34,257 nucleotides of DNA from Bacteroidota bacterium (GTDB lineage: Bacteria > Bacteroidota > Ignavibacteria > UBA10030). The position numbers and the translations under genes are program-made. Under the pieces are notes generated by a model. That model was not told the origin of the DNA. It worked only from the letters and a program-made list of their open reading frames with translations, and did no database searches. The stretch is from contig JBGPAN010000003.1 of assembly GCA_041480785.1 (NCBI GenBank), positions 1 to 34,257 on the forward strand. The letters are read 5' to 3'. Below, in pieces: positions 8,466 through 19,694 of the stretch; position 1 is the stretch's first letter, and each line of letters begins with the position of its first letter.

Positions 8466-9038
8466 ATGAGCAAGCGACAGAAGCAGGCACACGTTGCCGC
8501 GACAGGTACGAAGGGAAAGCCAAACACAATCGCCGTTGTCGGCACCATTCTTCTTATTCTCATCCTTGTTGCTGTTCTCACAATTTCGCCGGGTGGGAAA
8601 TCCGTATCCATTTACACACCACGAACAGAACAATCACAGCCAACGGCCTATATGTTCAAGATCCAGGGCGAGTTACGTTTTCTTACTCCAAAGCAGGATT
8701 TTATCGCCGGCATCGATATCGAGCTTGCGCAGGATGACTCACAACGACAGCTTGGGTTGATGTATCGCGACACTCTTGCTGAAAATCAGGGAATGTTGTT
8801 TCTGTTCGACAACGAAGAGGTGCGCTCGTTTTGGATGAAGAATACAATCTTGTCTCTTGATATGGTCTTTGTGAATGCCCGCAGCGAAATCGTTACCATC
8901 CATAAATATACCACCCCCTACACCGAAGAGGCATACGAATCCACCAAGCCGGCAAAATATGTACTTGAGGTGAATGCTGGCTACACAGACAAGCGAAAAA
9001 TCTCGGTGGGAGACCACATTTCGTGGAGTCGCTTCTAG
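8466..9038 (+). CDS. DUF192 family protein with N-terminal membrane anchor
   Basis: Motifs IELA...RQLGLMYRDTL..NQGMLFLF, SFWMKNT.LSLDMVFV and KYVLEVNAG. ATG 8466 preferred over TTG 8433. Confidence 0.9.
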   Translation: MSKRQKQAHVAATGTKGKPNTIAVVGTILLILILVAVLTISPGGKSVSIYTPRTEQSQPTAYMFKIQGELRFLTPKQDFIAGIDIELAQDDSQRQLGLMYRDTLAENQGMLFLFDNEEVRSFWMKNTILSLDMVFVNARSEIVTIHKYTTPYTEEAYESTKPAKYVLEVNAGYTDKRKISVGDHISWSRF

Positions 9039-9056
9039 GGGATGCTCTAATTTGGC

Positions 9057-9086
9057 GGTAGCCGCGTCGTCTGTCGCGGCCACTGA
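9057..9086. terminator. GC-rich hairpin between convergent DUF192 and gyrA (possible terminator, no clear U-tract)
   Basis: GCCGCG (9061-9066) / CGCGGC (9075-9080) core with imperfect extension. Confidence 0.35.
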
Positions 9087-9101
9087 TTCGCACCAGGAGC
9101 C

Positions 9102-11702
9102 TTACTTTTTCGTTTTCTTCTGTTTCTTCTCCGGTTTCTTTTCCTCTTTCGGCTTGACCTCTGCCTTTTTCGATTCCTTCGGCACCGGCGCAACAGCCAC
9201 TGGTGCCTGCTTACCGTTTTTCATCTCGTTGTTTTTCTTTTCGGATTCCTTTTCGGCCAACTGCTTCTCTTCTTCCTCTTCTGCCATAACGATTGCAACG
9301 TCCGCAACGGCATCGCCTTCGTGCAGCTTAATCAACCGAACGCCCTGCGTGTTCCTGCCAGCTACGCGAATGTCTGAGGCGTGCTGCCGGATGATCATGC
9401 CGTTAGTCGTCACAACCACAACATCATCGCTATCGAGCGCTTCCTTGATAGTGACCATCATTCCGGTTTTGTCCGATGTTTTGACGGTGATGATGCCCTT
9501 TCCGCCGCGGTGGCTCACCCGATACTCGTCCTCTTCGCTGCGTTTGCCGTAGCCGCCTTCCGTCGCAACGAGAATTGTTGTCCCCTTCCTTCGAAGGTTC
9601 ACGACGCCCACAACCTTATCTTTCTTGCCCAGGCTGATACCCCGCACGCCGGCCGCGCTGCGTCCCATCGGGCGTACTTCGTCTTCGTGGAACCGAATCG
9701 AAATGCCGTCGCGCGTGCCGATGATGATATCTTGCTTTCCGTCTGTGAGTCGGGCATCCTTCAGCACGTCGTTCTTTCGCAGTGTCGTTGCTGTGATTCC
9801 GCTCTTCCGGGGGTTGCTGAATTCGGACAGGAGCACCTTCTTCACAAGGCCAAGCTCTGTCACCATGAAGACGTAGTGCTGGTCGTCAAACTCTTTCGCC
9901 GTGATAAATGCGTTGATGGTTTCGCCGTCAGCCTTTCCGATGAGTGCGTTGATCGGTTTTCCTTTCGCCATCCTGCCGGCTTCTGGAATTTCAAACACTT
10001 TAAGCCAGTAGCAGCGGCCCGCGTTGGTAAAGAACAAGATGTAGTTGTGGGTGCTGGCCACAAACATGTGCTCCAGGAAATCGTCCTCTTTCGTCGCGGC
10101 GCCTGTTACGCCCTTGCCACCACGAGTCTGCCGCCGGTACCCCGATACTGGGAACCTCTTGATGAAGCCCTGGTGGCTGATGGTAATCACCACCTCTTCC
10201 TCGGCGATCATGTCTTCGATACTGAACTCTTCGGCCTTGTAAACGATTTCTGTCCGCCGCTCGTCACCGTATTTCTTCTTGAGTTCGAGCAGCTCTTCTT
10301 CGATAATCCTCATTTGCAGCTGCTTGCTCTTCAAAATCGCCTTCAGACGCTCGATCAATTTGATCGTTTCCCGGTATTCCTCCTCAACCTTCCTCCGCTC
10401 CAGGCCGGTGAGCTTCTGCAACCGCATATCGAGGATTGCTTTCGCCTGGATCTCGGAGAGCTTGAATTTCTTCATCAACCCAAGTCTCGCCGCGTCAACA
10501 TCCTTGGATTGCTTGATAAGCTTGATAACGGCGTCAATGTTGTCGAGGGCAATGATGTACCCCTCGAGGATGTGAGCCCTTTTTTCAGCTTCATCCAGTT
10601 CATATTTTGAGCGCCGAACAACAACTTCATTCCTGTGCTCGACGAATTTCTGGATCATTTCCTTGAGGGTAAGGATGCGCGGACGACCCTCCACCAGCGA
10701 CAGCATGATGATGCCGAACGTGGTTTGCATCTGTGTGTGCTTATAGAGGTTGTTTAACACAACCTCTGCGTTTGCGTCGCGCCGAAGTTCAATGACCATC
10801 CGCATACCGTCGCGATCTGATTCGTCGCGGATATCAGAAATGTCTTCGAGTTTTTTGTCGCTCACGAGATCGGCGATTTTTTCAATCAGGCTCGCCTTGT
10901 TCACCATATAGGGAAGCTCTGAAACGACGATGCGCTGACGTTCTCCCTTGCCTGTCTCAATGCTCGCCCTTGCCCGAACCAGAATGCGTCCCCGCCCGGT
11001 TGTGTACGCTTCCTTCACACCTTCGTATCCATAAATGATACCTCCGGTTGGAAAGTCGGGGGCAAGAACATGCTTCATCAGCTGCGCGTTTGTGACCTCT
11101 CCATCCTTGATGTAAGCGACGCATGCGTCAATGACTTCGTTCAAGTTGTGCGGTGGAATGTTCGTCGCCATACCAACAGCGATGCCGCTCGCTCCGTTGC
11201 AGAGGAGGTTGGGAAATAGGGCCGGCAGAACTGATGGTTCTTTCAGTGTGTCATCGAAGTTCGGTGTAAAATCAGCCGTGTTCTTTTCAAGGTCCTTCAG
11301 CATCTCTTCCGCAATTTTCGAGAGCCGCGCCTCAGTATACCTCATCGCAGCAGGCGAGTCACCATCAACCGAACCAAAATTGCCCTGTCCGTCGACAAGC
11401 GGATACCGCAGCGAGAAGTCCTGCACCATACGCACCATACTATCATACACAGCCGAATCACCATGCGGATGGTACTTACCGAGCACCTCTCCAACAATGC
11501 GTGCGCTTTTCTTGTACGCTCTGTTGCTCGCCAAACCGAGATCCTGCATTCCGTACAGCACGCGCCGGTGAACCGGCTTCAGGCCATCACGCACATCGGG
11601 CAGCGCACGGGCAACAATGACCGACATCGAATAATCGATGTACGAACCCTTCATTTCTTCTTCGATGTCAACTGGTACAATTTTCTCGTTCGAATTCGCC
11701 AT
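9102..11702 (-). CDS. gyrA: DNA gyrase subunit A
   Basis: [29 protein letters not shown] (wild-type Ser83/Asp87-equivalent residues), catalytic AAMRYTE, GyrA-box QTRGGKG, beta-pinwheel CTD. Confidence 0.98.
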   Translation of the reverse strand: MANSNEKIVPVDIEEEMKGSYIDYSMSVIVARALPDVRDGLKPVHRRVLYGMQDLGLASNRAYKKSARIVGEVLGKYHPHGDSAVYDSMVRMVQDFSLRYPLVDGQGNFGSVDGDSPAAMRYTEARLSKIAEEMLKDLEKNTADFTPNFDDTLKEPSVLPALFPNLLCNGASGIAVGMATNIPPHNLNEVIDACVAYIKDGEVTNAQLMKHVLAPDFPTGGIIYGYEGVKEAYTTGRGRILVRARASIETGKGERQRIVVSELPYMVNKASLIEKIADLVSDKKLEDISDIRDESDRDGMRMVIELRRDANAEVVLNNLYKHTQMQTTFGIIMLSLVEGRPRILTLKEMIQKFVEHRNEVVVRRSKYELDEAEKRAHILEGYIIALDNIDAVIKLIKQSKDVDAARLGLMKKFKLSEIQAKAILDMRLQKLTGLERRKVEEEYRETIKLIERLKAILKSKQLQMRIIEEELLELKKKYGDERRTEIVYKAEEFSIEDMIAEEEVVITISHQGFIKRFPVSGYRRQTRGGKGVTGAATKEDDFLEHMFVASTHNYILFFTNAGRCYWLKVFEIPEAGRMAKGKPINALIGKADGETINAFITAKEFDDQHYVFMVTELGLVKKVLLSEFSNPRKSGITATTLRKNDVLKDARLTDGKQDIIIGTRDGISIRFHEDEVRPMGRSAAGVRGISLGKKDKVVGVVNLRRKGTTILVATEGGYGKRSEEDEYRVSHRGGKGIITVKTSDKTGMMVTIKEALDSDDVVVVTTNGMIIRQHASDIRVAGRNTQGVRLIKLHEGDAVADVAIVMAEEEEEKQLAEKESEKKNNEMKNGKQAPVAVAPVPKESKKAEVKPKEEKKPEKKQKKTKK

Positions 11703-11747
11703 TCGTTTTCCTGTTTAAACTGTTCTCCAACCCACGTTTTGTTCCCA

Positions 11748-13844
<2,097 letters not shown>

Positions 13845-14144
13845 CTATTGAAATTTGATGTCTTTCACGATTTCGTCACCCAGGAGTTCGTTGATCCGGC
13901 GAAGAATCTCCTGCTTCCTCATGTTCAGCTCGTTGCGCCATGCACCGGACTTCACGCTGACGATGAGTGTTCCCCGCAGCATACGCGTCGGCGTCGCCGC
14001 TTTCGCTATACGCTCCCCAACGGCTTCGTCCCAAACCACGAACGCATCCTGTTCGTGCAGCTTTTTCTTGATGCCAAGCTGTGCGACGAGTTCCTCGATG
14101 GCGTCGCCTATGGTTTTAGTGCGTGAGGACCCGCGCGCCTTCAT
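13845..14144 (-). CDS. dciA: DciA / DUF721 family replicative helicase loader
   Basis: 99 aa from ATG 14144; 'W.EAVGERIA.A.TP..M..GTL.VSV.S.AW..EL.M.K..IL.RIN..LG...VKDIKF'; conserved position between recF and gyrB. Confidence 0.85.
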   Translation of the reverse strand: MKARGSSRTKTIGDAIEELVAQLGIKKKLHEQDAFVVWDEAVGERIAKAATPTRMLRGTLIVSVKSGAWRNELNMRKQEILRRINELLGDEIVKDIKFQ

Positions 14145-15267
14145 GTTCCACTGTTCCTCCGTGAACAACGAACCGCTTGTTGGCGTTTGCCCAGTTGAAG
14201 TCTGCCGGGAAAACGCCATCGCTCGTTGTTGTAATAAACGCCTGACCGACCGACCCCGTCAATGCGAGCAGCCTCTCTGCCCTGTGCTTATCAAGTTCTG
14301 TAAAAATATCGTCAAGCAGGAGAATCGGTCTCTCATTACGCTTGCTCTGCAGGTAGAGAAACTCCGCAACCTTCAGAGCGATGAGAAATGTCTTGTGCTG
14401 CCCCTGCGACGCATGAGAACGAACTCCTAGGTTGTTGATTTCAAGCGTCAGCTCGTCGCGGTGAGGGCCTACCAGCGTTATGCCGAATCTCTTTTCCTCG
14501 CCCGCTTTCCGTTTGAGCTCTTTTGCAAACACCTGCCTAATTGTTTCTTCCGTCATTGACTTGTCCGTGTCCACCGACGGTTTGTATGTCATCCTCGGCT
14601 CTTCGATTCTTCCCGCAAGAGACATATAAGACTCTCCGACCAATGGCTGCAGTTCTTCGAGAAACAGGTGCCGGCGGTGCACGATCCGCGCTCCCCGATC
14701 AACCAATTCCTCGTTCCATGGTTCTAGCAGGTCGGTAGCATCCGTTCGCGACAACTTACTGTCAAACAATACTCTGTTGCGTTGCCTCATTACTCGCCTG
14801 TACTCCAGTAAATCCTCCAGGTATACCTTACTGGATTGCGAGATGACAAAATCCAGAAATCGCCGACGGTCCACTGGCCCGCCCGTTGTTATCGCTCCCG
14901 ACTCTGGCGAAAGCACGACCACTGGAAACTGTCCCACAACGTCTGAGAATTTCTCTACCTTCGTCCTGTTAATGAAGAACTCTTTTTCCCTCTCTGCGTG
15001 CTCATAGGTCACGGCAACCTGGTACCGGATACCCGTGTCTCCCTCGAGTTCTCCTGAAACCTCAAATCTGTCTTCGCCGATTTGGAGTACAACGCCATCC
15101 GTGCTGCCAAAAAAGCTTTTCGTCAGGCACAGGTATGAGATGGCTTCAAGAAGGTTTGTTTTGCCTTCGCCATTTTGGCCCAACAACGCGTTGACACCTT
15201 CGCCAAAAACGGCATCGGTCTGCGTGTGATTGCGGAATTTGTGTACGTGGATGTCGCGGATCTTCAC
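14116..15267 (-). CDS. recF: DNA replication/repair protein RecF
   Basis: Walker A GQNGEGKTNLLEAI, RRRFLD, GPHRDEL, signature ASQGQHK, Walker B LLLDDIFTELD; GTG start. Confidence 0.97.
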   Translation of the reverse strand: MKIRDIHVHKFRNHTQTDAVFGEGVNALLGQNGEGKTNLLEAISYLCLTKSFFGSTDGVVLQIGEDRFEVSGELEGDTGIRYQVAVTYEHAEREKEFFINRTKVEKFSDVVGQFPVVVLSPESGAITTGGPVDRRRFLDFVISQSSKVYLEDLLEYRRVMRQRNRVLFDSKLSRTDATDLLEPWNEELVDRGARIVHRRHLFLEELQPLVGESYMSLAGRIEEPRMTYKPSVDTDKSMTEETIRQVFAKELKRKAGEEKRFGITLVGPHRDELTLEINNLGVRSHASQGQHKTFLIALKVAEFLYLQSKRNERPILLLDDIFTELDKHRAERLLALTGSVGQAFITTTSDGVFPADFNWANANKRFVVHGGTVEHEGARVLTH

Positions 15268-15358
15268 GTTGTCTGATGGCGCTTACAATGCGATAGCCCC
15301 GCTCCCGTTATGCGAGATGGGGCTACCTTCATAGAATCTGTCACACAGTCACGTGCGT

Positions 15359-16474
15359 CTACGTGTTCAACCGCATGGGCATGACAAGCATGAGAACGTC
15401 TTCGTTCGCTCGCTGATGCGCAGGTGTAATGATCGCAGCGCGGACAGATGTTCCGAGCTTAAATTCAGCTTCCTCGCCGTCAAGATGCGAGAGAATATCA
15501 ATCAAATATGTTGAGTTGAACCCTATTTCCAATTCCTCTCCGCTGTAGTCACATGGAACTTTTTCCTTTGCCTCACCACCAAAATCAATATCTTCTGCCA
15601 TGACCCTCAACTCGTTCTTACGCAATGAGCATCGGACCTGATGTGTTGTAGAACTCGAGTAGAGTGCAACGCGGCGGACGGCAGCCAGGAGGAGATCTCT
15701 GCCCACGGCCAGTTTTTTATCGTTATCCAGTGGAATGACAGACTCGTAGTTTGGATAACTTTCTTCGATCACACGCGACGTTAGCGTTGTCGTCCCAAAG
15801 GTAAATTGCACGTGCGTGCCGTCGACGGAAACCGTGTTCGTTTCGTTCTCCACCGAGCGGGAAACCAAATTTAGTGCCTTGGCGGGCACGATAATATTCC
15901 ATTGCAGCTTTGGTTGTTTCAATCCTGTATACTGAATACGTACGAGCCGGTGCCCATCGGTTGCAACGGCTCGCAGATCACCGTCCTTCACCTGAAGAAG
16001 CACACCCGTCATAGCAGGCCTGAGTTCATCGCTGCTCACTGCAAATAGTGTACGATGAATCATGTTTTTTAGCATCTCCCCACTTAGTGTAATTTTCTCT
16101 TCGCCTTTCACTTGTGGTATGGTCGGAAATTCTTCACTCGACTCTCCCATCAGCACATATTCACCCATGTCGGTTATCATCCGAACCTTGTTGGATACAG
16201 TATCAGCATTGAAAAGAAGTTGAATATCTGGCAGTGCCCTTATTGTCTCCATCAGACGTTTTGCCGGCACCGCAATCGATCCATCATCATTCCCCTTCAC
16301 GTCAATCGATGCAGCCATTGAGACCTCAAGATCCGTTGCTGCGAGTTGAAGGGTATTTTTTGTGAGCTTGAAAAGAATGTTTTCGAGGATGGGGAGAGTT
16401 GACTTCGAGGGAACAACACCACTGACCTTTGCCAAGGTCTTCTGTAACTCATTGCTCGAAACCGTGAATTTCAT
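15359..16474 (-). CDS. dnaN: DNA polymerase III beta sliding clamp
   Basis: PILENIL, ATDLE, RPAMTGV, VATDGHRL, YPNYESVIP, IGFNSTYL, LVMPMRL; AAGGAG RBS. Confidence 0.98.
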   Translation of the reverse strand: MKFTVSSNELQKTLAKVSGVVPSKSTLPILENILFKLTKNTLQLAATDLEVSMAASIDVKGNDDGSIAVPAKRLMETIRALPDIQLLFNADTVSNKVRMITDMGEYVLMGESSEEFPTIPQVKGEEKITLSGEMLKNMIHRTLFAVSSDELRPAMTGVLLQVKDGDLRAVATDGHRLVRIQYTGLKQPKLQWNIIVPAKALNLVSRSVENETNTVSVDGTHVQFTFGTTTLTSRVIEESYPNYESVIPLDNDKKLAVGRDLLLAAVRRVALYSSSTTHQVRCSLRKNELRVMAEDIDFGGEAKEKVPCDYSGEELEIGFNSTYLIDILSHLDGEEAEFKLGTSVRAAIITPAHQRANEDVLMLVMPMRLNT

Positions 16475-16522
16475 TCCATTCTCCTTATTCTGTCGAGATG
16501 GACAAAAGGGCTTTGATACATA

Positions 16523-16551
16523 AAAATAGTAAAAAAATAGCCCATTTACAA
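16523..16551 (-). promoter_or_regulatory. sigma70-type promoter for dnaN
   Basis: Minus strand TTGTAA-N17-TATTTT about 50 nt upstream of the dnaN start. Confidence 0.55.
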
Positions 16552-16579
16552 CCTTTTTGAAGAGATGAGTGAGAAGCCG

Positions 16580-16870
16580 ACCCTATATAGTTAATATCTT
16601 TTAAATAGAAATAATTGTACTAGTTAAGGTGTGGAAACTGTTGATAAAAATGATGACATGAAAACCTGTCCATACCACAATGACGATTTTTACCCAATCT
16701 ACGTATCCGCACATGTGTGTAAGTTGTTGATGATGGTAATGGTTATGAACAGAGGTAGATATACATTTTGCGTTGATACAAAATGAGTAGCAGAACAAAC
16801 AGCGAAGCAACATCATTCCACACGATATTCAATGGGTTATAAACAATCGATTTTTGCGGATAAGTCCGCT
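16580..16870. other. oriC: Replication origin oriC, unwinding part (dnaA-dnaN intergenic): AT-rich DUE, DnaA-trio-like tract and DnaA boxes
   Basis: AT-rich 16584-16627; trio-like TAG AAA TAA TTG TAC TAG (16606-16623) followed by tandem boxes TGTGGAAAC (16630) and TGTTGATAA (16639); further boxes at 16703, 16714, 16725, 16743, 16837 and 16855. Gene orientation diverges around dnaA, and by eye the + strand changes from C-rich to G-rich. Confidence 0.85.
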
Positions 16871-16893
16871 TAAGAAGAAAATCATCAAGCGGA
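16865..16893 (-). terminator. Hairpin downstream of dnaA (possible weak terminator or processing stem)
   Basis: TCCGCTT / AAGCGGA 7-bp stem about 25 nt after the dnaA stop; poor U-tract. Confidence 0.3.
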
Positions 16894-16917
16894 GCTGTGA
16901 TGACGGGATGTGGTGTG

Positions 16918-18378
16918 TCAACGACCGCCAACTTCTATGCGCCTACGGAGTTGGTCGACAGTTTGCTTAAAGGCAGAATCGCCTGTAATTCTGTCGTTGA
17001 TTGTCTGACAGGAGTGAATAACCGTACTGTGGTCTCTTCCGCCAAAATGCAGACCTATTGTTTTGAGAGAGGATCTTGTAAGCTCTTTGGAAAGGTACAT
17101 GGCAACTTGACGCGCGTTGACGACCTCTTGTTTTCTAGTCTTGGCCCGTAGAAGATCCTCGGGTATATCAAAAAATTCGCAAACGACATGTTGAATTTGA
17201 TCAATATTTATGGGGGATTTTGACTCGTTCACAACCATCCGGAGAACATCACGGGCAAGTTCGACGTTGACTTCCCGATTGTCAAGTGACGCCCGGGCAA
17301 TCAGACTGATCAAGCAGCCCTCAAGTTCACGAATGTTACTTGTCACGTTTGTAGCAATAAAGTCAACAACATCTTGGGGAAGCTCAAACCTGTTGTCTTC
17401 GCTCTTCTTACGAAGAATAGCTATTCGGGTCTCTAAATCGGGCGGTTGAATGTCGGCGGTAAGGCCAGACTGAAAACGGGAAATCAGCCGGTCATCCAAT
17501 CCCTTGAGTTCCTTGGGAGGAACATCCGAAGAAAGAACAATCTGTTTGCCGAGTTGGTAGAGCGTGTTAAATGTGTGGAAGAAGTTGTCCTGGGTTTTTT
17601 CTTTTCCGGAGAAGAACTGAATGTCGTCAACGACCAAAAGGTCAACACTGCGATAGAAATACGAAAATTCGTTGACCCTGTCGGATTGAATTGACTCGAC
17701 AAATTCGATGGTAAATTTTTCGCTGGAAACGTAGACAACGCGCTTTGCCTTGCCTATGGCAATAGCATGGTTGCCGAGGGCATGCATAAGGTGAGTCTTG
17801 CCAAGACCGGTACCACCATAGATAACGAGGGGGTTGAAAGATGTTCCCCCCGGGTTGTTGCCTACAGCAAGAGCCGCCGCTCGCGCAAGCTGGTTACTGT
17901 CACCTTTGATAAAGTTCTCGAAGGTGTAACGGGGATTCAGGTTGCTCTGAGCAATAGGTTGGTCGGACTGTCGAAAAGCGGTGCGCGGGGGAAAAAATGG
18001 CTGTGGTTGTGGTACCGCGGGCGAAACCTCGCGACTCAGCGCCGCTTGCGCTAAAACCTCCTGCTCAACCTGCAAAACGGGCTCGACCTCCTCAGATGCA
18101 ATCGAGTAGTAGAGCTTCGCGCCCTCTCCCAACACCGAGGAGATGGTCTCGCGTATCAATGCATTATAATGCTGATCGACCCAGTCATAAAAGAACTGGC
18201 TGGGGACTTGGACTGTGATGTCCTTGTCGACCAGTTTTATGGGAACGATAGGCTGGAACCAGGTTTTAAAACCTAGGCTCGTTACCTGTTTCTGAATCCT
18301 GTCAAGGCACCGCCGCCAAACGTCCTGTACGCCAGTGTCAGCAATCACAGGGTCGTTGTGGGTTTCGAAGATATCCAT
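16918..18378 (-). CDS. dnaA: Chromosomal replication initiator DnaA
   Basis: LNPRYTFENFI.G.SN, NPLVIYGGTGLGKTHL, LLVVDDIQF, RLISRF..GL, NIRELEG, domain IV FGGRDHSTVIH. Confidence 0.99.
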   Translation of the reverse strand: MDIFETHNDPVIADTGVQDVWRRCLDRIQKQVTSLGFKTWFQPIVPIKLVDKDITVQVPSQFFYDWVDQHYNALIRETISSVLGEGAKLYYSIASEEVEPVLQVEQEVLAQAALSREVSPAVPQPQPFFPPRTAFRQSDQPIAQSNLNPRYTFENFIKGDSNQLARAAALAVGNNPGGTSFNPLVIYGGTGLGKTHLMHALGNHAIAIGKAKRVVYVSSEKFTIEFVESIQSDRVNEFSYFYRSVDLLVVDDIQFFSGKEKTQDNFFHTFNTLYQLGKQIVLSSDVPPKELKGLDDRLISRFQSGLTADIQPPDLETRIAILRKKSEDNRFELPQDVVDFIATNVTSNIRELEGCLISLIARASLDNREVNVELARDVLRMVVNESKSPINIDQIQHVVCEFFDIPEDLLRAKTRKQEVVNARQVAMYLSKELTRSSLKTIGLHFGGRDHSTVIHSCQTINDRITGDSAFKQTVDQLRRRIEVGGR

Positions 18379-18419
18379 AGAACAACCTAACCAAGTTCAG
18401 CAAATATTAGCAAATAATT

Positions 18420-18685
18420 TTGGTGTTTATTAACAACTAACTAACAACACACTCAACGCCCCTGAAAAAAGCATCGATACTAGCGTTAGGGGACTCTTAG
18501 ACTTGTTAACATTATTTGAGGAAGGGAACCAATTGAAAACACGATCAATTCCATTGTTAAGAACATACTTTTCAACACACATGTTGATATTCGGAGAAGC
18601 CTGAATCTAGGCCGAAAACGATGTTGCGGTCAGCGTGAGCAATTTTTCCACAGGTTGTCAACATCTAGATGGTTATCAACACACC
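18420..18685. promoter_or_regulatory. DnaA-box cluster upstream of dnaA (second oriC half and/or autoregulatory boxes)
   Basis: TTATTAACA 18427, TTGTTAACA 18503, TTTTCAACA 18569, TGTTGATAT 18582, TTTTCCACA 18644, TTGTCAACA 18655, TTATCAACA 18673. Confidence 0.78.
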
Positions 18686-18690
18686 AGTTG

Positions 18691-18719
18691 ATTATACTGC
18701 GCAAGAAGCTGTTGCGCAA
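18691..18719 (-). promoter_or_regulatory. sigma70-type dnaA promoter
   Basis: Minus strand TTGCGC-N17-TATAAT (perfect -10), immediately followed by three DnaA boxes. Confidence 0.7.
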
Positions 18720-18815
18720 GGAAAAAAATTACAAAACGACAAAAGCCAAGATAATCAGGCCCAGATAGCGCAACAAAGAAGCCGCCACAAGTGAGTCGAT
18801 CGAGTTGCGAACGAG

Positions 18816-18844
18816 TTGTATCTGTGGTCCAAAGTGCTTATTAT
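18816..18844 (+). promoter_or_regulatory. sigma70-type rpmH operon promoter
   Basis: TTGTAT-N17-TATTAT, 44 nt upstream of the rpmH GTG. Confidence 0.65.
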
Positions 18845-18888
18845 ACATGGCTTTGGAATAGTATACAACAAAACGGTGGAGTGCCGAA

Positions 18889-19035
18889 GTGAAAAGGACC
18901 TATCAACCGCATCGCAAGAAACGAATAAACGCGCACGGATTTCGGGCGCGGATGGCAACCAAGAACGGGCGCAAGGTTTTGTCCCGGCGAAGAGCAAAAG
19001 GGCGGCGGCGCCTTACGGTGAGCGACGAGAAATAG
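18889..19035 (+). CDS. rpmH: 50S ribosomal protein L34 (not in the ORF track; 48 aa)
   Basis: Translated by hand from GTG 18889: [48 protein letters not shown]; GGAG RBS. Confidence 0.98.
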   Translation: MKRTYQPHRKKRINAHGFRARMATKNGRKVLSRRRAKGRRRLTVSDEK

Positions 19036-19050
19036 ATTGGACGGCCCACG

Positions 19051-19458
19051 GTGAACCCGTTGCGGTTATCGCTCAAGAAATCAGAAATCCTTCGGGGTTA
19101 CAGGGTTTTTTCTCGCGTCATCGCTGAGGGCCAAACGTTTCAACGTGGCACTGTTCGTTGTTTCGTCGTACGCGATGCACATCGGGAGCGCTCACTGCGG
19201 GTTGGCTTCTCTATTAGCAGGAGCGTCCGAAACGCAGCTGATCGCAACCGCGCACGACGCTGGATGAAAGAATCTTATCGGAAGAACAAAGCGCTCATCA
19301 CCGCAGAGCCGTTACAGACGAAAGAAGCCGTGATGGTAGTCTTTCTTTGTACCGCACACTCCCGGTCGGTGCACAATGCGACCGCCCGCTCACCAATAGA
19401 ACAATCCATCGTCACACTGCTCAAGGACCTGCACCTTCAGTTTGTTGGAAAATCATGA
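19051..19458 (+). CDS. rnpA: Ribonuclease P protein component
   Basis: 'LKKSEIL...F', '[28 protein letters not shown]' (RNR motif); position after rpmH. Confidence 0.9.
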   Translation: MNPLRLSLKKSEILRGYRVFSRVIAEGQTFQRGTVRCFVVRDAHRERSLRVGFSISRSVRNAADRNRARRWMKESYRKNKALITAEPLQTKEAVMVVFLCTAHSRSVHNATARSPIEQSIVTLLKDLHLQFVGKS

Positions 19459-19670
19459 GACACCCACTCATTCTTCTCATACGACTGTATCAGATCCTTC
19501 TTTCCCCCCTTCTCCCCTTCAACAATTGTCCGTTTTATCCGTCGTGCTCCGAATACGCAGCTCAAGCCATCAGCAAACATGGTGTGTGGAGGGGCGCATG
19601 GCTCTCGCTGAAGCGCCTTGGAAGATGTCATCCGTTTCATAAACACGCCGGCTTCGATCCGGTGCCGTAA
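19455..19670 (+). CDS. yidD: Membrane protein insertion efficiency factor YidD
   Basis: ATG 19455 (ATGA overlap with rnpA); [34 protein letters not shown]. Confidence 0.95.
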   Translation: MRHPLILLIRLYQILLSPLLPFNNCPFYPSCSEYAAQAISKHGVWRGAWLSLKRLGRCHPFHKHAGFDPVP

Positions 19671-19694
19671 CCAATCTTGATGTAGGAAGAAACC

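Noticed and set aside
9381-10610. 409-aa + strand ORF antisense to gyrA (also 8974..9552 and 11463..12176)
   Set aside because: Shadow ORFs opposite highly conserved genes, explained by codon bias; no recognisable motifs.
16601-16931. Small ORFs (71 and 62 aa) in the dnaA-dnaN spacer
   Set aside because: They run through the DnaA boxes and DUE; weak starts, no RBS; the region is explained as oriC.
18755-19127. ORFs 18816..19127 (+) and 18755..18997 (-)
   Set aside because: The real gene is the 48-aa rpmH in another frame (18889..19035).
19347-19454. N-terminal extension of yidD given by the ORF track (also the extensions of dciA to 14219 and DUF1579 to 7786)
   Set aside because: Family homology and RBS or overlap evidence point to the downstream ATGs (19455, 14144, 7723).
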